The translations under genes were made by a program, and so were the position numbers. A DNA stretch of 64,000 bases from an uncultured virus (IMG/VR IMGVR_UViG_3300032069_000750). Taxonomy: Duplodnaviria; Heunggongvirae; Uroviricota; Caudoviricetes. How positions within the stretch are numbered: the stretch's first letter is position 1; each line of letters starts with the position of its first letter. The stretch is taken from the IMG/VR virus record IMGVR_UViG_3300032069_000750; one strand, 5' to 3'. Positions 57,301 through 64,000 of this stretch are shown here, piece after piece. Below the pieces are notes generated by a model that had not been told where the DNA came from, made no database searches, and saw nothing but the letters and a program-made list of their open reading frames with translations.

Positions 57301-57429
57301 CTATTTTTCCTCCTTGACAATTATTATTTTTGCTTTTCTTCCATTCCATTGGGTGAGTCCTATAATCCGACCATCTTTTATTTCTTTTTCTAAAATTATC
57401 TCCACATTATCAATTTCCATTTTAGTCAT
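57301..57429 (-). CDS. 42-aa DUF2080/AbrB-like protein (not in ORF track)
   Basis: MTKMEIDNVEIILEKEIKDGRIIGLTQWNGRKAKIIIVKE. Confidence 0.5.
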   Translation of the reverse strand: MTKMEIDNVEIILEKEIKDGRIIGLTQWNGRKAKIIIVKEEK

Positions 57430-57615
57430 CAGATTGCCTCCATAGGCATTTTTAGTGGTATATTCTTGCACTATTATAATACTTTCGGTGTTATCTTATA
57501 TACTTGGAGAGACATATAGAATATTAGGATATGTAACCTACATCAAACCATCAATGTGAAATAGTAGAAAGAAAGAGTAATTAACCACCAACGCCATAAT
57601 ATTTTTTGTGATACT

Positions 57616-57843
57616 ATGCAAGAGGAGACGCACTATTGTTTCTGCTGCATGGAGCCGTTCCAGGTGGTGATGCCCCCGAAGGGCCACGAGTCGAACAACC
57701 CGGAGGGCTGCCCCGTGTGCGGTTTCTTCAGGTGCCCGCACTGCGGGAAGTGCGCCTGCGACCTCCAGCCTGGGGAGAAGCGGGTGCTCGAGGCGTTCTG
57801 GCAGACCCACTGTAGCGCATCGTGCGGAAAAAGACGGAGGTGA
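57616..57843 (+). CDS. Cys-rich Zn-finger protein
   Basis: CFCC, CPVCG..RCPHCGKCAC; motif at 57580-57590. Confidence 0.7.
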   Translation: MQEETHYCFCCMEPFQVVMPPKGHESNNPEGCPVCGFFRCPHCGKCACDLQPGEKRVLEAFWQTHCSASCGKRRR

Positions 57844-57846
57844 ACC

Positions 57847-58047
57847 ATGGTAGAATCATGCTCATGTGAAGAGTTAAACAAGAAGATAGATCAGCTCATT
57901 GAGCAGACAAGATCCTGCTCTGCAGTAAGAGGCAAACGTGCCCCGAGCGAGTGGCAGAAATTCCTTCATATGTGCCTCCCCAGCAAGACAGGGCTCCTGC
58001 CGGAGAGGATAAAGGCATGTAGCACTAAGTACAAGCAGAGGAGATAG
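57847..58047 (+). CDS. Small basic HMG-box/YABBY-like protein
   Basis: KRAPSEWQKFLHMCL...IKACSTKYKQ. Confidence 0.55.
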   Translation: MVESCSCEELNKKIDQLIEQTRSCSAVRGKRAPSEWQKFLHMCLPSKTGLLPERIKACSTKYKQRR

Positions 58048-58049
58048 GG

Positions 58050-58268
58050 ATGGCAAGAGACTTTTGTAGCTGCGAAGAAATATCAATGATGTTCGAGCAG
58101 ATCCTCGAGATCCTGCAATCTGCGCCCGCCCCTGGTGCATCAGGGGCAGTAATGCGTAAGAAACGCGCGCCATCAGAGTACAACCTGGCCATCAAGGAGT
58201 GCATGACCGGGGGTCAGAACAGCATGAAGGAATGCGCGGCCGAGTACAAGCAGAAAAAGGGGATGTAA
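58050..58268 (+). CDS. Small basic HMG-box/YABBY-like protein (paralogue)
   Basis: KRAPSEYNLAIKECM...MKECAAEYKQ. Confidence 0.55.
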   Translation: MARDFCSCEEISMMFEQILEILQSAPAPGASGAVMRKKRAPSEYNLAIKECMTGGQNSMKECAAEYKQKKGM

Positions 58269-58769
58269 ATGGTTTACGAAGAGGGTGGCACAGAAGGTTT
58301 GATGATCAGACAGAATGGAAAAAAGCTCTGTGAATGCCCCATAGACACTACGTTAGTTCAGCTGAAACCCATACGGCCAGTCCCAGAGATCAAAATTACT
58401 GAACCGGACGATGTCGTCCGAGCGATGAAAGGCATGGAGGACTTCGACAGGGAACACATGCGGATCCTGCACCTTGACACAAAAAACAGGGTTGTTGGCA
58501 TTGAAACAGTAAGCATAGGGATACTCGATGCCGCTCTTGTGCACCCCAGGGAAGTACTAAAGGGAGCACTGCTCGACAACGCGAGCGGGATCATCATGGT
58601 CCACAACCACCCTTCAGGGAGCTGCGAGCAGTCACAGATGGACAAGGATGTAGCGAAGTCGCTCAGTGACGCTTGCAAGATCGTAGGGATAAAATTCCTG
58701 GACAACATAGTTATAGCTAAAGAATGTTACAGCAGCAAAGAGTGTCCAAGTTGCATTATTCCAAGTTGA
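58269..58769 (+). CDS. radC: RadC-like JAB domain protein (UPF0758)
   Basis: DREH...LDTKNR, VHPREV, IIMVHNHPSG...S..D, GI..LD. Confidence 0.9.
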   Translation: MVYEEGGTEGLMIRQNGKKLCECPIDTTLVQLKPIRPVPEIKITEPDDVVRAMKGMEDFDREHMRILHLDTKNRVVGIETVSIGILDAALVHPREVLKGALLDNASGIIMVHNHPSGSCEQSQMDKDVAKSLSDACKIVGIKFLDNIVIAKECYSSKECPSCIIPS

Positions 58770-58773
58770 TATC

Positions 58774-58998
58774 ATGACCGAAGAGTGCTCCCCCTGCAAG
58801 CAGATGATGGCCGCCGTCGTCGCGGTCGGGATATGCGAACGGGCCAAGAAAGAGGGCCTTGACTGCAGGCAGCTCACCGACGACCTCATAAACAAGAGGA
58901 TAACCACGAAAGAGTTCATAGACAAACTCAAGCTCGAGCTCAAGGACGATCCGGAGAACCTCGCGATCATTGAGAAGGTTGAGAAGATAATAGCATAG
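58774..58998 (+). CDS. Small Cys-containing helical protein
   Basis: CSPC...IC...DC; Cys spacing resembles 60235..60456. Confidence 0.6.
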   Translation: MTEECSPCKQMMAAVVAVGICERAKKEGLDCRQLTDDLINKRITTKEFIDKLKLELKDDPENLAIIEKVEKIIA

Positions 58999-59188
58999 CC
59001 TCTTTCTTGTCTTTTGTGACCGGCAAAATGAACTGTTTCCCCCCGCGGTCCCTCATGAGGAGAATGATCGCGTCCTCGAAACTGTACGACTTGTTGTCCT
59101 GAAGCTCGTAGAGGTTCTTGAATTTCCTCAGCTCGTCGTGGGTGAGCTTGTGGACCCGGATGTTTTTGTACATGACCCTTGTTGGCAT
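58967..59188 (-). CDS. Small DNA-binding (RHH/antitoxin-like) protein
   Basis: KNIRVHKLTHDELRKFK...SFEDAIILL. Confidence 0.55.
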   Translation of the reverse strand: MPTRVMYKNIRVHKLTHDELRKFKNLYELQDNKSYSFEDAIILLMRDRGGKQFILPVTKDKKEAMLLSSQPSQ

Positions 59189-59266
59189 AGTGAACACAGT
59201 ACACAATGTTTGCATAATATTTAAATCCTACCAAGTTTTCAATCACATCAAAGAAAGGTGAAATGA

Positions 59267-59524
59267 ATGTCCGTAATAAAAAGCTTGACCAAAGGCTTCT
59301 ACCTCAAAAGCCGACCAAAAGCGTACAAGGCGAGCGACGCCGCGTATCCGACCGGTGGGAACCAGGGTTACGTGATCGCGAGCCTCCCGCGCGAGTACCC
59401 GATAACGTCCCAACAGAAAAAAGTACGTGAGGCCGCTCACGGCTGTGGGATCCACAAAGGCATCAGCAAGTCCGCACTGCAGAAGGCCATGGTCGACTGC
59501 GTCGGTCCCAAGATGATCCACTAG
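59267..59524 (+). CDS. Small basic protein (putative DNA-condensing), paralogue of 59626..59841
   Basis: PREYPITSQQKKVR..A..CGIHKGISKSALQ..MVDCVGPKM. Confidence 0.7.
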   Translation: MSVIKSLTKGFYLKSRPKAYKASDAAYPTGGNQGYVIASLPREYPITSQQKKVREAAHGCGIHKGISKSALQKAMVDCVGPKMIH

Positions 59525-59625
59525 AGGAGCTAGAACAATCATCGTTCCCTCCCCCCTTTTTTTCTTTTTCGTTAACGTTAGTTTTAACGTTAATTTTAAG
59601 TAGCACCAAACCCTTTGTTTCTCCC

Positions 59626-59841
59626 ATGACCGAGTACGCTGGCGGAGAAAAGGGTTTCGTCCTCAAGGCGCGACCTCGGAAGTACCCGATGACCGAGCAG
59701 CAGAAAAAAATGAGGGGCGTCATAAAAGAGTGCGGGATCAAGAAGGGGATAAAGAAGGCCGAGCTACAGCGCCTCATGGTCGAGTGCGTCGGGCCGAAGA
59801 TGCAGAACCACCAAGGTGAGACTGACCAGGCAAGCGCCTAG
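59626..59841 (+). CDS. Small basic protein, paralogue of 59267..59524
   Basis: PRKYPMTEQQKKMR..I..CGIKKGIKKAELQ..MVECVGPKM. Confidence 0.7.
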   Translation: MTEYAGGEKGFVLKARPRKYPMTEQQKKMRGVIKECGIKKGIKKAELQRLMVECVGPKMQNHQGETDQASA

Positions 59842-60146
59842 TGTTTTTTCTTTTTTTGGATCCCGAGTTTTTCCCGGGCCCGTTTCGTCATCTCGCTGTG
59901 TTTTTTCAGGTCGATGACTGATCCTTTTTTCTTGAAGACCATGCAGTAGCAGGCGTTCGCCTCCCGGATCTCCTCGAGCGCCTCGGGGCATGGGCAGGTC
60001 TTACGCCAGTGCACCAGGCAGGGGCACGCGTCACCGTACAGAGAACACACATAGGCCTTGAGCTTTATGTCGACATCAGGGTTGAGATCAAAGCCGTGTT
60101 TTTTCGCGTAGATCTCCCATTTTCTGAGTATCTCTTCAAGGCTCAT
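59838..60146 (-). CDS. Ferredoxin-thioredoxin reductase catalytic-subunit-like protein
   Basis: YA..HGF.LNPD...YG..CPC...CPC...EI....CYC..F; the FTR signature is CPC/CPC/CHC. Confidence 0.8.
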   Translation of the reverse strand: MSLEEILRKWEIYAKKHGFDLNPDVDIKLKAYVCSLYGDACPCLVHWRKTCPCPEALEEIREANACYCMVFKKKGSVIDLKKHSEMTKRAREKLGIQKKKKH

Positions 60147-60234
60147 AATCGTCCCCTACATTTTAATTTCCCTTTTGAATAGTTTTTCCTGATCAGCATA
60201 TCAGCATAGTTTTTCATTAAAAACTCGTATAAAT

Positions 60235-60456
60235 TCATAGTTTCACTTCCGCTAGTTCATCCCAGGTCTTGAAAAACTTCTCCTGGTCGAAGTTTTTCGT
60301 GATCGTGTCCATGACCTCCTCGATGGGTATCTTGTTGTCTTTGAAGTCCTGGATCGCGGTCTCGCAGACCTTCCGGTTCCCGAGCCTGTCGCACACCCTG
60401 ATCATGTGCTCGCAGATCCGGCATTTCTCGTCCTCGTTCATGCTGCTTTCGTCCAT
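60235..60456 (-). CDS. Small Cys-containing helical protein
   Basis: Start MDESS after TTTAAATA box; CRIC...VC...VC. Confidence 0.6.
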   Translation of the reverse strand: MDESSMNEDEKCRICEHMIRVCDRLGNRKVCETAIQDFKDNKIPIEEVMDTITKNFDQEKFFKTWDELAEVKL

Positions 60457-60503
60457 GCGTCCTTCTAAATTAATATGGTTATTTAAACATATCTGAGGGG
60501 GTT

Positions 60504-60623
60504 GCGGGGCGTATTGCGCCGGCCTAGGGGATAAAAACTCTTTTGATGGTGAACATATGGAAATTGTCTGGGATGGGGTGATAAGGAGATTTTTTTCCCC
60601 GCGGCCACTGGCGTACGCCCCGC
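60504..60623. other. Long imperfect inverted repeat / hairpin
   Basis: GCGGGGCGTA..CGCC.GGCC..GGGGA..AAAAACTC pairs with GAGATTTTTTTCCCC..GGCC..GGCGTACGCCCCGC. Confidence 0.65.
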
Positions 60624-60812
60624 GCCGGCGACGGCATATATCGCGAACGGAGACCATGAGAATTTGGGAGGATAATGAACGACTTAGAAGAGTTTGGATC
60701 TCCGGTACTCGCGTATGCCTCGCTGATCATTTCAGGATCGTGTGCACTGCCTTGACTACTTTCTGGCCTATCCCGAGGACGGCCTCGCAGATGTCAGTGA
60801 CAAAGCTCAGTA

Positions 60813-61025
60813 TCATGGTTCACCTCCTTTGAAGCTCCCCGCGCAGGGGGCTATTCCGATGTTCAGCTTGTTGCACCACTGGCACACCAGCATCTTTTTT
60901 TGTCGCCGGTGCCTCCCGCGGGAATCCATAATGATAAACCGCAGCTCGGCATAGTACCGGTTTTTCTCCGTCTCCGGGGTCTCCGTGACGGATCGCCCAC
61001 ATATAGAGCAGTTTTTAGGTCTCAT
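60813..61025 (-). CDS. Zn-finger protein
   Basis: CSICG...VCQWC; GGAGG RBS. Confidence 0.6.
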   Translation of the reverse strand: MRPKNCSICGRSVTETPETEKNRYYAELRFIIMDSRGRHRRQKKMLVCQWCNKLNIGIAPCAGSFKGGEP

Positions 61026-61037
61026 ATTGCCTCCTTT

Positions 61038-61190
61038 TTATCGTATGATTTTTTTCGAGATCTTGATCAGTACCGACAGCGCCAGAAGTACTACCGCGAC
61101 GGCCGACAGGACGATCACGGCCCCCAGGAGCGTCCCGAAGAACGCTCCCAGGAGGACCAACAGCTTCAAAATCGCGCCGAACAGTACCAT
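61038..61190 (-). CDS. 50-aa membrane protein (not in ORF track)
   Basis: MVLFGAILKLLVLLGAFFGTLLGAVIVLSAVAVVLLALSVLIK... Confidence 0.55.
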   Translation of the reverse strand: MVLFGAILKLLVLLGAFFGTLLGAVIVLSAVAVVLLALSVLIKISKKIIR

Positions 61191-61199
61191 GGTACCCCT

Positions 61200-61838
61200 C
61201 TAGCCTAGCGGGTTGTCGAAGGTCGCGTACACCGTCCTGTTGCCGTTCATCGTTATGGCCGCGGGGTTGGTCGTGCCAGTGAGGTCCCCGGACCATTCCA
61301 TGAAGCACCATCCAGGGTCCCCGGTCGCGTTTAACAGGACGGAGGTACCCGAGGAGTAGCTCGTCTGCTGCGGTTTTTTAATGACTGATCCTTTTCCCAC
61401 CACGATTATATCTAGGGTGTACTGGTGGGTGAGGTTTCCTTGTTGGCCCCCTAGGTCGGGAGTCAGTTTCACCCAGTGGGACGTATGTCCCTCGCAATAG
61501 TAGAAGTTCCACTGGCCGGTCGTCGCGTTGTACTCGTACTCCACATACGGGGGGTTGGTCGAATTGTTGCCGTTGTTCCCCCCAGGCCTGAAATTGAACC
61601 GCGCCATGTAGTCGGTGACGTTTTCCATATTCTCTGTACAAACCTTGAATGCCTCAGCGGCAGAGTCAAAGGATGCCTTAAACTGTGTCGTCATATTGCC
61701 CATCGCCAGTGCCACTACTGAGACCAAAGGCACCATGATGGATATCATCATAAGGGTCCCTAACACGGTGGACACTCCGGTTTTGTCGTTACGCAGCTGC
61801 CTTATTTTGTTGTTTGCTTTCATATTTTTTTCCTCCAT
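61200..61838 (-). CDS. Archaeal type IV pilin-like protein with a C-terminal InlB-B/bacterial repeat domain
   Basis: Class III signal DKTG/VSTVLGTLMMISI; YTL...GKGSV...Y..GTSV.L.A...PGW.F..WSGD...N...ITMNGN..V.ATF. Confidence 0.75.
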   Translation of the reverse strand: MEEKNMKANNKIRQLRNDKTGVSTVLGTLMMISIMVPLVSVVALAMGNMTTQFKASFDSAAEAFKVCTENMENVTDYMARFNFRPGGNNGNNSTNPPYVEYEYNATTGQWNFYYCEGHTSHWVKLTPDLGGQQGNLTHQYTLDIIVVGKGSVIKKPQQTSYSSGTSVLLNATGDPGWCFMEWSGDLTGTTNPAAITMNGNRTVYATFDNPLG

Positions 61839-61844
61839 GTTTTC

Positions 61845-62924
61845 TTAATCTTTTTTGTAGACCTCCACGAGGTCCCGGTCGATCTCGACCGGTTTCTTGA
61901 GCGTTTTAGATGTCATTCCATGGAACAGGACCATGTACCCGGTCTCCGTGACCTCCGTGATCTCACCGATAAGACGCGCCTTTGTTCTCAGGATCACGAA
62001 ACAACCGATCTCACTATTTTCCCTTACTCTTGTTTTCTCTGTCGTTTCTAAAACTGGTTCTGTTTTGAATTCTGGCTCTTGTGTGGTTGGCTCTGAGACC
62101 TGTTTCTCAGATACCTCTTCCAGGGGTACCGCTCTTGTTGTTTCATCTTCTTGTATTATCCTGGGTGCCAGTAAGTACTGTACCCTCAGGTACTCGGTCT
62201 CACCGGTTATACGAGTCGGATGGTTATAGTCAAACTCCATAGTGATAGTAGGAAAATACTTCTTGACCGCTTTAACGACCGGATGTAAAAATTCATAGCC
62301 GTAGACGGACCGTTTGTCGTTATCCGAAGTGACCGCTACAATAAGCGCCTTAGGGATTGTCGCCTCGGAGTTCTCGGTCCCTTCGTTTTCATCATATCTT
62401 TTGACAATCAATCCCTGGGACGTAATCGAAAAGCTTATGTCCCTCATAAAACTCTTCTTTTCCCCTTTGGGCATCACCCGCTCCATTGTCGAAAGGTACT
62501 GATCCGTTCCGAGTTGCACTATTTTTTTGAGGGTAAGCGCGGGTAGCTTAAACTCAGGGTACCCCTCGGGGTCGATAAGACCGAATGTCCGCATAAGGTT
62601 ATCATTATAGGCCACGAGCCTGTTTTTTTCAGGGTCGTACGTGAAAAGGAGCATGTCCTTATTTTTGTACAACTTCAGGTGGTCTCTGAGCTTGTCAAGG
62701 TCTACAACGATCTCGAGCTCTCCCGAGTCATTCTCGCTAAACGACGGGTCGTACTCCTCGCAGGCCTCCTTTTTCAGGATAACGAAGAGCATCGACACAT
62801 GACCGGGGTCTAAGGCCCACATGTGGATGCCGTCCTTCTGAAACACCAGCTTTAACTCGTTGGTCATGGGCTTGAAAAGGTCCACGACCGCTTGTATTTT
62901 CTCTTTTTTTATGCTCATACGCAT
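61845..62924 (-). CDS. pcn: PCNA-like DNA sliding clamp with C-terminal extension
   Basis: ELKLVF..DGI...ALDPGHVSM, VDLDKL, HP, YLLAPRI. Confidence 0.82.
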   Translation of the reverse strand: MRMSIKKEKIQAVVDLFKPMTNELKLVFQKDGIHMWALDPGHVSMLFVILKKEACEEYDPSFSENDSGELEIVVDLDKLRDHLKLYKNKDMLLFTYDPEKNRLVAYNDNLMRTFGLIDPEGYPEFKLPALTLKKIVQLGTDQYLSTMERVMPKGEKKSFMRDISFSITSQGLIVKRYDENEGTENSEATIPKALIVAVTSDNDKRSVYGYEFLHPVVKAVKKYFPTITMEFDYNHPTRITGETEYLRVQYLLAPRIIQEDETTRAVPLEEVSEKQVSEPTTQEPEFKTEPVLETTEKTRVRENSEIGCFVILRTKARLIGEITEVTETGYMVLFHGMTSKTLKKPVEIDRDLVEVYKKD

Positions 62925-62974
62925 TTTCTCACGACTCCTATTATATTTGTACTTAGATATATTTAATACTTCTG

Positions 62975-63130
62975 TTACTCTCCCGACCCGGACCCCGGGC
63001 CGGTTTTCGCTGTTGGTGTGACCGCTCCGCAGCGCCTACACACGATCCCCTTTTTCGTGACGTAGACATACCCGCTGTTGCACTTCCCGCACACGGGCCT
63101 CTGCGTGCCTTTAACGTTACTCCCGCTCAC
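62975..63130 (-). CDS. Small Zn-ribbon protein
   Basis: GTGA-coupled start; CGKCNS.YVY...VCRRCG. Confidence 0.6.
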   Translation of the reverse strand: MSGSNVKGTQRPVCGKCNSGYVYVTKKGIVCRRCGAVTPTAKTGPGSGSGE

Positions 63131-63387
63131 GAGACCACCCGGGGGATTTTCCCATTTTCTTTTATGATATCTTCCTCGAGTACGGTCTTCTGGTTTCCCT
63201 CGGTGTATAACCGTTTGCATATCCCGCTCATGTGTGTTTCTATCAGCGCGTTAAGATACCCGATCTCTTCCTGGATCGCTCGGTCGCTTACCTTAAAGCG
63301 GACCCTGCAGCCTCGGGGGACCTTGTAGTAGGCCTCCTCCCGCATGCGGGCTTTTACGTTTATCACGTTTGATTTTTTCCCGCTCAT
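63127..63387 (-). CDS. Histone-fold-like protein
   Basis: KVSDRAI...LNALIE......C......GNQKTVLEEDI parallels the archaeal histone RVSxxA...GRKTVxxED. Confidence 0.55.
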   Translation of the reverse strand: MSGKKSNVINVKARMREEAYYKVPRGCRVRFKVSDRAIQEEIGYLNALIETHMSGICKRLYTEGNQKTVLEEDIIKENGKIPRVVS

Positions 63388-63395
63388 GCGACCTC

Positions 63396-63845
63396 CTAGT
63401 ATTCTCCCTTAAGGCATTGCTCCTTAGTGGCCCTGAGTAACCGCTCGATGAACCGCTCGAAGCAATTCTCCCTAGGCTCGTTTTTGTCCTTCGAGTAGCA
63501 TTCGTACTCTTCCCCTTTGTAGTCGTGGATCATGGGCCTGAAAGTGATACTCTCGAAGCTCACGATCTCAGTACTGAAGAACTTTAGGGTTAGCCATTCG
63601 TCCCCTCCGTTTACCTGGTTGATAAAAACGAGGTCCTCGTACGTAAAGCATTGACCGATGGCCCAGTTACCCTGTCCGAGCTTTTTCTTGAGCTCCTGTA
63701 ATGTTTTGCACTCGTGGATAGAAGATTTTTTGAATTCGTACTCCAGAGCTGCGAAAGGGTCCCCATCGTCAATAGAGGCCTTCCCGCTTATCCAGTAGTT
63801 CTTTTTCGCAGCTGCGATGATCAATTTAACCCGATCGCTGTTCAT
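63396..63845 (-). CDS. Hypothetical protein
   Basis: 149-aa ORF with GGTGA RBS; GNWAIGQCF...INQVNGGDEWL. Confidence 0.7.
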   Translation of the reverse strand: MNSDRVKLIIAAAKKNYWISGKASIDDGDPFAALEYEFKKSSIHECKTLQELKKKLGQGNWAIGQCFTYEDLVFINQVNGGDEWLTLKFFSTEIVSFESITFRPMIHDYKGEEYECYSKDKNEPRENCFERFIERLLRATKEQCLKGEY

Positions 63846-64000
63846 GGTCTCACCGTGATCCCGAGCTCCCGCATCTTCTCCTGCTCGAAGGCATAGTCGT
63901 ACGTCACGCTAGAGTAAAATCGCACGTCGAAGTAGTCTATGGAGCTGTCCGAGTTGTCGCGGTTATACCGGTTCACTATCCGCTCGAGGTCCCTCAGGAG
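63842..64000 (-). CDS. Partial ORF (5' end outside window)
   Basis: Open frame ending ...EQEKMRELGITVRP*, ATGA-coupled to the next gene. Confidence 0.45.
   Translation of the reverse strand, partial: LLRDLERIVNRYNRDNSDSSIDYFDVRFYSSVTYDYAFEQEKMRELGITVRP

Larger units (their letters stand above)
1..64000. mobile_element. Large archaeal virus/provirus genome segment (probably tailless icosahedral, membrane-containing; Thermoplasmatota-like host)
   Basis: Dense short overlapping ORFs; fibre, capsid-like and holin-like genes; several HNH/NUMOD endonucleases; viral-type glycosyltransferase cluster; PCNA; tyrosine recombinase; tRNA with an archaeal BHB intron; no housekeeping operons. Confidence 0.85.

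Noticed and set aside
1..64000. Ordinary archaeal chromosome segment, or a head-tail virus
   Set aside because: No housekeeping operons, and no terminase, portal, HK97 capsid or tail tube recognised; such genes could still lie outside the window

Overview
The whole window reads as part of a large archaeal virus or provirus genome. The host is most plausibly a Thermoplasmatota (DHVEG-1/E2-like) archaeon, inferred from the style of several exported proteins. No cellular housekeeping operons or rRNA are visible. Main modules: (1) short, tightly overlapping ORFs, many with Zn fingers (0.2-8.6 kb); (2) a minus-strand structural block with repeat-shaft fibre proteins and small beta-rich proteins consistent with single-jelly-roll capsid/penton proteins of a tailless icosahedral virus (8.6-16 kb); (3) a geranylgeranyl reductase and a UbiA prenyltransferase, with an SCP2-like lipid carrier and an Mrp ATPase nearby (16-21.6 kb); (4) a subtilisin, a replication NTPase with an adjacent iteron-like origin, and a DNA methyltransferase (23.5-29.2 kb); (5) a ~14.5 kb glycan synthesis and modification cluster that contains an intron-bearing tRNA-Met(CAU) (29.5-44 kb); (6) holin-like, structural, glutaredoxin, papain, radical SAM and tyrosine recombinase genes (44-53 kb); (7) small Cys-rich or basic proteins, a ParB island, JAB/RadC, a ferredoxin-thioredoxin-reductase-like protein, a pilin, PCNA and a histone-fold protein (53-64 kb). 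A conserved TTAAC[C/T]ACC element sits upstream of about 13 genes and looks like a late-promoter regulon. The most striking candidate systems are the virus-encoded isoprenoid-lipid module, a virus-encoded FTR/thioredoxin/Fe-S redox relay alongside Cys-rich late proteins, and a possible self-glycosylation system acting on G-[S/T]-rich fibres. All family calls come from recognising motifs by eye; no database searches were run. No packaging ATPase or terminase was recognised in this window.
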